A DNA stretch of 63,942 nt, counting the filler, from Chrysochromulina tobinii (Eukaryota), in assembly GCA_001275005.1 (NCBI GenBank). It is 5 parts of 5 records of this genome, joined end to end, with 100 filler letters (N's around TTAATTAATTAA, not from the genome) between each part and the next. Parts side by side here need not be neighbours in the genome. Positions count along the whole stretch, not along the records: positions 31,906 to 53,136 come from JWZX01001257.1; positions 53,237 to 56,431 come from JWZX01001260.1; positions 56,532 to 61,500 come from JWZX01001265.1; 2 more parts are not named here. One strand, 5' to 3'. A model generated the notes under the pieces. That model was not told where the DNA came from, made no database searches, and saw only the letters and a list, made by a program, of their open reading frames with translations. The translations under genes were made by a program, and so were the position numbers. How positions within the stretch are numbered: the stretch's first letter is position 1; every line of letters starts with the position of its first letter. Positions 50,769 through 61,600 of this stretch are shown here, piece after piece.

Positions 50769-53035
50769 TCACGAGGCGTCGCACTTGCAGGGCACAAGGC
50801 CACAGGGGATGACGACTGTATGGATGGCTTTCCACTCGAGCACGTCGCTCACCCAGCCGACGCCGTCGCAGCCGACCGTGTATTGCACCTCCTTAGACTT
50901 GAAGACGCCCGGGTTGAGCGAGCCCTGGCCCTTGGCGAGCTCGTCGTAGATGAGCACGCCCGCGCCGCCCGCGTAGTTGGGCACCGCTGTTACCTCATCG
51001 CTGGTCAGGACGAAGACGAGGCTGTTCGGCGTCGAGGTCGCATTCACAGGCGTGACAAACGCGGCGACGTTCTCGCAGTACTTGCTGGAGCTGAGGGTGC
51101 AGCTCACGACGCTCTGTTCGAGTAGTCTCGATCCGCGTGGGAGGAAGCGCGAAAAGTGCGCCATGTGGAAGTAGGAGGGGTTCTGGAGCAGCGTGCTTGC
51201 GTCCTTCACGAGTATGGGTGCGTCCACCTTGTTCCCGCTGTGGTTGGGCCCTCCAGAGAGGTCGAGCGCCATGTTCCAGTCGACCCATCCGGTCGCGCCA
51301 TTCTTGAGCTGCCACATGATGTCATGGCTGTACGCGTAGCTGCGAGAGACGCGAGTCGCACCATCAGTGGTCATCAGTGGTCATCAGAAACGCGAGTCGC
51401 ACCGAGACGTATTGGCTCGATTGCAGGCTCACTCAGCCGAGGAGGCCTTGGAGCATGGCGCGAAGAGGCGGTGTGAAGAGGCGGTGTGAAGAGGCGGTCA
51501 CGGGCATCGGGACGTTGGGATGTGGCCACGGGCATGATCGGGTTCGATGCCCGAGCCACGCGCCCATAGCCCCAGTCTCCGGCCCGCGGGCCCACCATCG
51601 ACGTTCCCAGTGCGAAGCCGTTGCATGCCTCCGTCATCAGAAAAAACTTGTCCGGGTGCTGCGCGCCAACCGTGCGCACCTGCGCGCCGCCGCCGACGGC
51701 TGGGATGTTGAGCCACTCCGAGACAGGGCCGAGCGCGGGGCCACCCGCATCGTTCTCATAAAGGCCCTCGAAGTGCGTGTACCAGTGATAGGCCACACCG
51801 TCGACATACTGGCTCGCTTCGGGGTCATTGAGCACTCGGTTGGCAAAGTTGGTCAGCTCGTTGGTCGCGTCGTCGTGGACCATGATCTTGACGTTCGGGT
51901 ACGCCTTGCGCAGCGCTGGGCCGAGCGCATTTTTGACGAAGCTCGCCTGCAGTTCCGGCGTGAAGAACATGCCGTTCCACAGCCCTGTCTGCGTGAGCGG
52001 CTCGTTCTGCACCGTCAAACCCCACATCGGGATGCCAAGGTCCGCGTACGCGTCCAGGAATCGCACGTACAGGTCGGCCCACGCCTGCTGCTTGCTCACA
52101 TTCCCGGAGAGCATACCTGTGTTGTAGCAGTTGCCGTCCGCATTATGTCGGAGCAGGCCCTCGGCCCACGCCTCCGTGTCATGGCCGCGTCCCGGCCCGA
52201 CGTACTGCGGGTCGTTGAAGACGCTCCCATCGGACTGCGGGCATCGCGAACCGATCGTATTGTCGTTGCAAGGGGTGACGACGGTCGCCGTGCACTCGAC
52301 GAGCGGCGGCGCCGACGCGTTGGCATGGCAGCGGGCCAGCCCGTCGGCTGCCGAACAGCTCATCCACTGGTCCTTCATCCAGATGGGGGGAGACCACGCA
52401 CTGGTGAACAGCCGGAGCGCCGGTTGCGAGTTGGCCCGCAGCGCCGCCTGCGCCGCGAGGATCGGTTTCGTCTTGTAGTCCGTGCCACACGCCACCGGGG
52501 CCGCGCTGTCGTCGCGCAGGCAGAAGCTTGTCAGCTCGAGGTCGTCGGTGCGGTTGAGAAGCACATAGTCCATACGGGAGAAGTCGGAGGCACCCATGGG
52601 CACGCGTCCCATCGTGTAGCCGAGGCCGGTGGCTCCAAAGTGCGCCTCAATGAATGTGTCGCGCGTCGCTTCGTCGAGCCGATCAAAATTGTAGGCCATC
52701 GCATCGGTGAAGGCACCACCAAAGCCGTCCAATGGGAAGAAGCTTCCGAGGCCGTTGGCACGAATGGTCATTGTGGCATTTGACACGGCGTCGAGCTCCT
52801 GAAGCCGCTCGCGCACTTGCGATATTTTCCTCTTCTCGATCATGAAGAAGCCGCGCGCGAAAACGCTCTTCACCACCAGCGCCACACCCTCTGGCGACGC
52901 AAATGAGCCGCATGATCCTGCTCTGCACTCGCAAGCGTACCCGTAGCTGACATTCACCGGATGAGGGCACGCGGCCGTCGGTTGAAAAGACGCATGTTCG
53001 ATGGCGCTCACGCCCGCGAGCAGCGTGTGGAGCAT
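50769..53035 (-). CDS. Glycoside hydrolase family 30 (glucosylceramidase-like); exons 53035-51564, 51339-50769
   Basis: GFGGAFTDA, RVPMGASDFS, SAWSPPIWMK, acid/base VQNEP, nucleophile MTEAC, GWVDWNMALD..GGPN, MAHFSRF; GC-AG intron 51340-51563 restores WGYGYAYSHDI. Confidence 0.92.
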
Positions 53036-53136
53036 CGAAGGTCGCAAGACAAGAGGGGGCCGGCTGTGGGAACTTGCCTTTCAGGGCCGGCCGCGCGTTG
53101 ACCCCACCGTGAAGAGGGGAAAAGAAGAGAACCCAC

Positions 53137-53236
53137 NNNNNNNNNNNNNNNNNNNNNNNNNNNNNNNNNNNNNNNNNNNNTTAATTAATTAANNNNNNNN
53201 NNNNNNNNNNNNNNNNNNNNNNNNNNNNNNNNNNNN
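53137..53236. other. Synthetic contig linker
   Basis: N44-TTAATTAATTAA-N44. Confidence 0.98.
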
Positions 53237-53687
53237 GCCCGCCATCGTCAAAGGCAAGGGCAAGGGCGGCGGCGGTGGCGGTGGCGCCGGAGGAGGCAAA
53301 GGTGGTGGCGATGGCGGCGGCGGTGGCGACGGCGGCGGCGACGCCCCCAAGAAGCCGGGCTGTATGAAGGCCGTGGTCTCCTGGGCCGACGCGACACACA
53401 TGCGGCTGGGCCCCAAGATCTACGATACCGGCGCGATTGCGGATTTCTACTCGCTCGACCAAGATCACTGCTTCCCCGTCCTCCTGTCTCACATGAAGGG
53501 CAGCAACACGCTCGCCCTGTGCCCGCACTGGGGAGAGCCGGGGCACACGTCGCTCACTTCCGAGAAGCACGTGGCGCCCAAGAACTTCGACCTCGCCTAC
53601 GTGCAACGGCACTTGGCGAAGGCGGCGCCGAAATCGGACGGTGACGAGGGGGGCAACAAGAAGAAACGAGCCAAGCTTGCCAAGTGA
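53237..53687 (+). CDS. Gag-like ORF1, C-terminal part
   Basis: Gly-rich linker, C...CPH..EPGH...H putative Zn knuckle, basic C-terminus; directly upstream of the RT ORF. Confidence 0.45.
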
Positions 53688-53732
53688 GGCGAGCGCGGCT
53701 ATGTCTGTGACGGACATCTGAACCAGGGCTCC

Positions 53733-56431
53733 GTGCTCTTCCTCCTCTCTCTCCCACTGCTCCTCGTGCCGTGGCTCCTCTGCTGGATCTGGAGGGATCC
53801 TAGGGCTGCGGGGCGGCGAGCTCACCTTCTCTCAGAAGGCTTCATTCCGGGCGTCGGTCTCCCCCGCGGGGACCTTCGCGAGTCGTCGGCTGGACTAGCC
53901 GAGGACGGCTCAGGGGCGGGGCCGCCTGCCCCTCGAGCCGCATCCCCTGCAGGGCAGCGCAGGGGGTGCTCAACGTCTATCTTGCCGCAATGTGTGTCAC
54001 CAGCTGGACGAGCTGGCGACGGCCCAGGCGCGGACGCGCCTCGGGCTGGCGACAGCCCGGGAGCGGACGTGTCGCGGGCTGCGATCCCCTTGGGTCGTGT
54101 ACACGCGGCTCGATTCCTTTCGATTCCTTCTCGGGTGACCCCCTTGGGCCCGTCGGTGGGCTCTGCGCCTGCTGGCTCATCACCTCAGCCTGGCGACTCG
54201 CGTCGAGTAACGCGCGCCCGTGGAGGTGGTGAGCCCGAGGAGGATGGTGTGCCCTCGCACCAGAGCGTAACAGACCGGTGGCTCCGGCCGTCGCCTGCGC
54301 TCCCGCCGCCACAGAGCCGGGAAGCGCAGGGCTCTGCGAACGATCCGGCTCCGTCGCCCTCTCGCACTCTGGGGCACCATGGATACATGGGCACGGAAGA
54401 GGGGCGTAGCGAGGCGGCGTCTCGGCCTCTCGTCGTTCACGATGTTGATCACGGTGATTGCGATGTTGCCCCGCCCTCTTGCCCGGCTGAGCTAGCGCCG
54501 GCAGAGCCTCCCCTGATTGCGCTGCCCTCGCTGACCGCGACTGACACCGCAGACCTGCGGAGCCTCGCGACGGCGCAGCTGGTCACGCTCGGCGAGCTCA
54601 CGGCCAGCGGGGTAGCTCTCTTCTTTGTGACCTATCTCCTGCAGCCGCTTGTGTTCGCCCACGTGAACGGCTTTCAGGTGTTGGGGGCTGAGCTCCCCGC
54701 CGCCGCGGGTCGGGCCACGCCCATGCGGCTGCTCGAGCGCTGGGCGGAGCTGGCCTTCTCGGCGGACGCCACAGCCACGACCTTCATGATTGGCCGCTAC
54801 AACGGGGGTGGACCTCGCTTGGGAGTGTGCCTGCTGCCCTTTGTGCCTGCCGCGGCGACGGTTGTACGCACAGCCGTCCAGCGGCGGGCTCGCCTCGGCC
54901 TGGGCGCCACCTTCCTCTGGTGCACTCTCGCCAGCATGGCCGGCACTTTGTTGGCGGATCCCATCGCACGTGCCCTGGCCAGCGTCGACGCTGCCGCCGG
55001 GCCCGTCACTCACATGGCCGACCTAATGCACGAGGGCGAGCTGCTCCGCCCGATCTTCCGGATTGGCGCCACTCCGATTGCGAGCATGGTTGGAATGCGG
55101 CCGATCTCGTACGACCCGGGGTCGGTGGGCGAGGCGCTCCACCGAGATGCCGCTCATCAGATGCTGCTCCGCCACGAGCTCGAGCTGGGCACGGGAGCCA
55201 ATGATCCCCTCCTCAAAGGGTGGGCCGAGCGCATTCGCCCGCCGCCCCGAGAGCTGCTCGATCTGGTGCAGCTGCAGCTGCCGGACATGTTCGCGAGCGA
55301 TCTGCTCAGCCTCCCGTACACGCCAATCTACGTGCCGCCGGAGACGCCGTACCTGCCACGCATGCCTGCCCAACTGCCGGCAGCGACACCTTTCTGCGTG
55401 CGCTACGCGATGGAGCTGCTGACGGACTCGGCACGCCTGGGCGTTCACGCGTGGCTTTCGAAAGCACTCGATCAGCTCCGCTGCATTGAGGAGCACCCAC
55501 GTGAGCACACGGGCTGCGAGCTCCTACGACCGCCGCCGCTCGTGCTGGGTCAGGAGGCGTTGCTGCCGTGGGCGCGAGGGCGGGTATGGGACCTCACCTT
55601 TGAGCGAGCCAACTGCGCGGTACCGCTCGACATGACGCTACCGCTGGACTCGAACCTCAACCTGCACCGCCTGCGCGCACGGCTTCACGGCTACCCCGAC
55701 CAGAACTTGGTCTCGAACCTTTTAGAGGGTATTCGATTTGAGGCTGACGTCGAGCTGCAGACGGTGTTAGTACCGCATCTAATCTCGTTGCCCATGGGCT
55801 TCACCTCCGTCCGGAACGAGCTGTACAGGCTCCAAACGCTGGGGTGGTACAAATTCTTCGACCACCTGCCGTTCTGGCCAATCTACGTCAACGGCCAGGG
55901 GGCGACGTCACGCAAGATGGAAGATCGCTACAGGCGGACGACGGAGTGCGGCGGGCCGAGGCGCCCCACGTTCGACGGCGGCAAGCTGCGCGCGCTCTCG
56001 CTCAACGAGGCCTCGAGCGTGCGCCACATGCCGGCCTGGTACAAATTCCGCCACGACGCGCCATGGCAGAAGTACCTCCGCGAACGAGCGCTTCACGAAC
56101 CGCTCGAATGGGGCACGCCCTCGCAGCGGCCGCCCGAGATCAAGCCGACGCTCAAGGCTGTCATGCGAGACCTCTCGATCCTGCTGGCGGCGGCACGTCA
56201 CCTTGATGAGCCCATCTACGTCTTCGGCGACGACGCCAAAGACTATTTCAACCAGCTTGCAATAGCCTCGGAGGACTGGTGGAAGCTGGGAGTTGTCTTC
56301 ATCCATGCAGACGACGTCGCAGCGCCTCGCCCGGCGCACGAGCGGCTCTTCTTTGTCTCTGAGCGGCGGCTAGGCTTTGGCGCGCGGCCGTCTTCCAACA
56401 TCGCGCAGCGCTTCAGCGAAGCCCTGCTGCA
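53733..56431 (+). CDS. Pol-like ORF with reverse transcriptase N-half (3'-truncated by the gap)
   Basis: RT motif A-like YVFGDDAKDYFNQL and motif B-like LGFG...SSNIAQRF; the YxDD motif would lie beyond the gap. Confidence 0.7.
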
Positions 56432-56531
56432 NNNNNNNNNNNNNNNNNNNNNNNNNNNNNNNNNNNNNNNNNNNNTTAATTAATTAANNNNNNNNNNNNN
56501 NNNNNNNNNNNNNNNNNNNNNNNNNNNNNNN
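56432..56531. other. Synthetic contig linker
   Basis: N44-TTAATTAATTAA-N44. Confidence 0.98.
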
Positions 56532-57104
56532 CTATTATGGTCCCGATCGTACAGTACACACACACTAGTGTGCCTACCTGGCACACATGCGCACATGCTG
56601 ATATACATGCCCTGTGACACGGCGGCGAGGGCGGCCGCGGCCTGGGCGGCGGCGAGGGTGGCGGTGGTGAGGGTTGGGGGAGGCGAGGGCGGCGGCGGCG
56701 AGGTCGGCGGCGAGGGTGGCGGTGGCGAGGGTGGTGATGATGGTGGCGGAGGTTATTGTGACGGTGGGCATGGCGGCGGCGAGGGCGGCGGTGGTGGCGG
56801 CCTTGTATGAAGTACTGTCGGCAGACGCGCCCGTTGGCACGCCTCCCGGAGGAAACGCAAAAGAAGTCACTCGACGCCGCCGTCGCGTGACGACGGCGGC
56901 GTCGAGTGACGATGTGACGATAGTGTCGTGGCTATACGGCAGCTTGCCAGCCGTGGCGGTGGCGAGGCAGGGGAGGCAGGGGCGGCCTAAGCAATCGTCT
57001 GGAGCTCACGTCCGTCGGGGACCACACAAGAACTCCAGATCAAATGGTTCTAGTGCCGCACTGCTCCAGCGGCCGCTGTGAAGCACGCGGCGTTTGTGCA
57101 CCGC

Positions 57105-57326
57105 TGCCGTACTCGAGGAGCGAGAGTGCTTCATGCCACAGACCCTCCCTGGCGCACGCTCTCAGCATACGGCGGTAGGCTCCTCGAGCTCGTCGAGCAG
57201 CTCGAGAGCTCGCTCCCACTGCCCACCGGCAGCGCACGCGGCGAACATGGCATTGGACGTGGTGTACGGATCGCGCGGCGCGCCCGCCTCGCGCATGTCG
57301 GCAAGCGGCTTGAGCGTGATCTTCAT
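57105..57326 (-). pseudogene. Degraded PPR-repeat gene fragment
   Basis: LADMREAGAPRDPYTTSNAMFAACAAGGQWERALELLDEL, then a stop/frameshift into YRRMLRACAREGLWHEALSLLE. Confidence 0.7.
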
Positions 57327-57818
57327 CGATCCGACTCGTTGAAGCGTGTCGGGTCAGCCATGACTGCGACAAGGAATACCTGCACAGCACCGCCATCACG
57401 GCATCCGATCGCACTGGGCTTGGAGAGCATCCATTCACCTCAACATGGGGCGAATCGCGTTACCAATGCTTGGCCAATGCGCCATGTGGAGAATAGCGTG
57501 CGCGCTGGCTTGGTAATGCGATTCTCCCCATGGCGGGTCGCGATCTCCAACAGGGCGAGTCTTCGACCTTTTTCCGAAACCGTCAATGGGACGCAGACAA
57601 ACCCCCTCCATCAAAACACGTGGCCGTGCGGCCCAGTAGGACAATTGTTCTCCGGACCATAGAATGCACATTCAACCGACTTCTATAACTTGCGGTTTCG
57701 GTGGCGGCATCATATTGCGCGAAACGCCAAGATGGGCGCGCGGGCTATTTTCGTACGCATGTTCCTTGCGCGAACGCATTTTCCTCGCAAGGCCCGCGCG
57801 GTCCTCTGCCACGGGGAG

Positions 57819-58760
57819 ATGCCGCGCACGGAGGAGCGCATCGCGCCGGGCGAGCTGGAGGCACACACCGTATACCTCGTCCGGCTCGAGAGCCACCTCG
57901 GCAAGTACCCGAGCCCCGATACTACTCTCGCTTTCAGCATCTGCACCAAAAGCTGCGCGAGACGCACCCGACGCCGCGGCTGCCGGAGCTGCCGCGCTCG
58001 CGCCCGCGCTAGCTCAATACTCTCCACCCCGGGTGCGTGCACAAACTCGCCGAGGAGCTGCGCCGCTACCAGCGGCGCCTGCTCGCCTTCCGGATCCAGG
58101 CGCACGGCGGCTTCGACAGCTTCATCGTGCAGCTGCATGCGCTTCGCACCAACGATGACTTGCCCCCGCCCCCGCACAAAGTCGACGACGGCGAGTCGCC
58201 GCTCGCCTCCCTCGGCCCGGGCTCACCCCCAACGGCGCTCGCAGGCGCATCGACACTCTCAGCGGTGAACGGCGCTTTGCCGCTGGCCGAGGAGGACGAC
58301 CCGGCTCTGCACGAGGCGCTGTGCTGGCGCGAGTTCGAGGAGCATGTCGTGCGGCTGCTCGAGCTCGGCACGGGCGTCGCCGAGACGACTCCGTTCGAGG
58401 AGGATGCAAGCCTTGCTCTTGATCGGGCGCACGAGTGGCGAGTCGTCGGTTCTCCGTCCACCGCGTCCCGTTCGAGACGCGACGGTGCCGCTCAAGCTGC
58501 ACACGACCGACGCGTACATCCTGCTCGTGCCGCCTCCGCCCAAGCTTGCCGACGGCGCCGCCGCTGCCGCCGCCCCGCCGGTGCATGAGCCACTATACGC
58601 ACCCTATGTTGGCGTCCTCGTTGCAGCTGGTGCTTGGCGTAGTCGCCTTCTCGTCTTCCTTGCAGCTCGGCCTGTCACTCGGACATCAGCCGCTGTCCCT
58701 CGTGGAGATTGGCGAGCTCGAGCTGGCGCAGCGGCGCGCGACCATGGCCGTGTGATGCTT
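57819..58760 (+). pseudogene. Degraded PX-domain protein gene
   Basis: HTVYLVRL (one frame), frameshift to YYSRFQHLHQKL..LPELPRSRPR, in-frame TAG 58010-58012, then KLAEELRRYQRRLL; further frameshifts downstream. Confidence 0.7.
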
Positions 58761-59237
58761 GCCACGTCCATCTCTGGTTTCGCAAGGAGGCGGAGAGACG
58801 TGCCGCGTTCGCGAAGGCAGATTCTGGATGTGGGAAACAGATTCCGAATTGCTGGATTCACAGATGGGGTTCGCCCGCTCAGGTCTGTGAAGCGCACGCT
58901 CGCGAGACACCGGGACAGGTCGGTGTAGGTGAGGGAGTGCTGGGCCTGTGCAAGTGCGTCCCGCCTAAGCCTGTGGTGGGCGGTTGGCTACGCCTGTGGT
59001 TAGGTTCCGTAACTGCCCGCCACGAGCACAGCGGATTCGGTGCGAGACGGATTCATCACATGAGGAACCAGGAGGGGCCCTCAACGAATCTCTCCTCTGC
59101 GACGAAGGACCCGCGCGCGCGACCTGCATGCATTTGGATTTGCACAAAAATCGAGTCGAAGGACAGCACTTTTCCTGTCTCAACGAGAACACAGCGGAGC
59201 CATGGCTTCCGCTCCTCGCATGCCGCGCACGAGCGAG

Positions 59238-60884
59238 ATGAACACAGATGGCATCAAGGCTCTGCTCAAGGCGGAGCTCACTGACGCGGTCCAAGCGCTG
59301 GAGGCCCTCCTTGCCCCTCACCCCGCGGCATATACGGGCGGGCTCACGCTCCTCACCATCGAGGACTGTGAGGCATACAAGGAGAAGCATCACATCGATG
59401 ATGAAGAAGTTGACGAGGAAGACATTGACTTCTGGCTTGCTGTGTCCGAGCACTCGATGCCACACTTCGCTGATCGAATGCAGCGCTTGATCATGCGCAA
59501 CAGCGCGATCATGCAAGGGCGCAACCAACAGCAGGAGACGACAGCTGTGCTCAAAGCACTTCGCGAGATCCAAGCCAAGCAGAAGGAGTCGGAGCGTCAG
59601 GTGCAGGCGACGCTCGAGGCCATACGCTCCGAGCTCGTGACTTTGCGTGGCGGTCGTGCACATGCTGCTGCTGCGTGCGAGGCTGGTACGAGCGCGAGCG
59701 GCGCGAGCAAGCGGCAGCGTGCTGACGAGCTCTCGCGCGGAGCCGCGGCGAACATGTTGCGCACGGCGGTCGGCCGCGGCAGCGGCGCTAAGGGGCCACC
59801 AGGCTTCGAGCGTTCAGCCTTTGACGACGAGGACGCGGAGAACGTCGACGAGCAGACCAACACGTGCATCAAGGTCAACGACCCCTCCTCGGCCAGAAAC
59901 TCGGCAAGACTCCTGGCGCTCAAGCTCCAGACGGACCGCGCGACGCAAGCGCGCTTCTACATGTCTAACTACTTGCAGCCGTGGCTCTTCCAACGGCGCA
60001 CCCACTCGATGCCCGATCGCAAGGAAATCCTCGTCAAGCTGATCGGGCGCATGGCGGACGAGCAGAAGCCGCTCGTCTCCAAGAACGAGCTCGACGAGGT
60101 CGACGCGGACGATCTCCTCGGATGGGCAGAGCTGCTCATTAACAGCGACGAGCAGCTCAAGAAGGAGTTCGAGAACTTGGAGTCGGCGGCGTGGCTGGCC
60201 TTCGGCCTGCGGGCGAAGGCCCTTGTGCTCGACAACATGCCCATGGCGATGCGCGGCAACATCCACGACGGCTTCTCTGCACACTTGGACTCGCTTCTGG
60301 CGAGCGCGAAGTACGAGCAGCTGAACCAGCTGCTGCAGCCACTGCAGAACTTGGCGCGCATGCCGCCTGTAGAAGAAGATGGAGGAGCAGACGACGAGGC
60401 GCAGGAAGCAGCGCCTGGGCCGGTTCTTCCTCCACGCCCGCGGCAGCGTGCAGTCCAGGGCGCCGTCAAAGGCCTCGTCGGCGTGGATGGCAACGCGGCC
60501 CAGATCGAAGAGCTCGACAAGATCTCGTCGGAGATGCTCCCGACCGCGCGATCGCTCTTCTTCACGGACGGCAAGTTCCTCAAGACGCCCGACGGCTCGA
60601 AGCACTTTGTCCTTGAGCTCGCCCAGAAGATGCACAGTGAGTTCATCGGCGGCGTCTACAAGCTCGAGCGCACGGGCCTCGCGGTCACCATCTTCTACAT
60701 CCACCATGCCCTGGACCTCGCGCCGAAGGCTAGGGCACCGCACAAGGGCGAGCTGTGGTTCACCCCGAGTCCGAGCTTCCGCACCATCCCCGCCAAGCTC
60801 TCCGCGATCGCCGCCTTCCTCAAGTCGTCCAAGTACGCGCCCACCGAGGTGGCCGAGCTTGCCGCGCTGCAGACACGCGCGTGA
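59238..60884 (+). CDS. Orphan intronless protein (~548 aa) with coiled-coil segment
   Basis: Long ORF with strong C/G third-position bias and normal amino-acid composition; no family recognised. Confidence 0.65.
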   Translation: MNTDGIKALLKAELTDAVQALEALLAPHPAAYTGGLTLLTIEDCEAYKEKHHIDDEEVDEEDIDFWLAVSEHSMPHFADRMQRLIMRNSAIMQGRNQQQETTAVLKALREIQAKQKESERQVQATLEAIRSELVTLRGGRAHAAAACEAGTSASGASKRQRADELSRGAAANMLRTAVGRGSGAKGPPGFERSAFDDEDAENVDEQTNTCIKVNDPSSARNSARLLALKLQTDRATQARFYMSNYLQPWLFQRRTHSMPDRKEILVKLIGRMADEQKPLVSKNELDEVDADDLLGWAELLINSDEQLKKEFENLESAAWLAFGLRAKALVLDNMPMAMRGNIHDGFSAHLDSLLASAKYEQLNQLLQPLQNLARMPPVEEDGGADDEAQEAAPGPVLPPRPRQRAVQGAVKGLVGVDGNAAQIEELDKISSEMLPTARSLFFTDGKFLKTPDGSKHFVLELAQKMHSEFIGGVYKLERTGLAVTIFYIHHALDLAPKARAPHKGELWFTPSPSFRTIPAKLSAIAAFLKSSKYAPTEVAELAALQTRA

Positions 60885-61500
60885 GGCGATCATGAACGCG
60901 GTTGTGGATACCGCGCGCGGCAGGCGGGCTAACACCCTCGAGGCGAAGGTCGCCGATCTCACGGAGCAGATCGCCCAACATCTCACGTCGCACGGCAGCT
61001 TCGACCTTTGTGCTGGTGCGGAGCGTCCGAGCGACGTGAGCAGGAGCAGGCACAACATCACGGTGCACCGTTTTGATTTGTGTACCGAGCGTGCGCTCTG
61101 TAGTGCTGTGTACCGACGCGAGCTTTGTGTACGAGCTCAGAAGATGTACTACAGTAATGAAAGTCATTCGAATCTGCGGCGGAGGACAACAACAACAACC
61201 GGCCGAGAGATGGAACGGTGTCTCGGACGAGAGTGTCTCGACTGACGACTGTGTAGTTCTTGTACGCGGCGCACAGGCTGCTCGTCGGATGCTATTTATA
61301 AATAAAAGTAACTTTATTTATCACGCACCGCACGAAGTCACTCTGCATGCGAGTGCTCACCACAGTGCCCTCGGTAACGGTACTCTCACGAGCGGGCGCA
61401 GGCGTCGTGCTGGGCGTGCCCTCAGTACCGGTACGCTCACGAGGGCGCCTGACGCCACGATCAGGCGTCGTGCTGGGTGTTGTGCTCGGCGGCTGGCTGC

Positions 61501-61600
61501 NNNNNNNNNNNNNNNNNNNNNNNNNNNNNNNNNNNNNNNNNNNNTTAATTAATTAANNNNNNNNNNNNNNNNNNNNNNNNNNNNNNNNNNNNNNNNNNNN
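61501..61600. other. Synthetic contig linker
   Basis: N44-TTAATTAATTAA-N44. Confidence 0.98.

Larger units (their letters stand above)
53237..56431 (+). mobile_element. Retrotransposon fragment, probably DIRS/Ngaro-like (tyrosine-recombinase class); termini not in the contig
   Basis: End of a Gly-rich, Cys/His-containing ORF1 followed by a long ORF ending in RT motifs DDAKDYFNQL and RLGFGARPSSNIAQRFS. Confidence 0.7.

Noticed and set aside
58010..58012. In-frame TAG in the PX-like sequence as readthrough or recoding
   Set aside because: Accompanied by several frameshifts, and other genes here use TAG as a normal stop; pseudogene decay is simpler.
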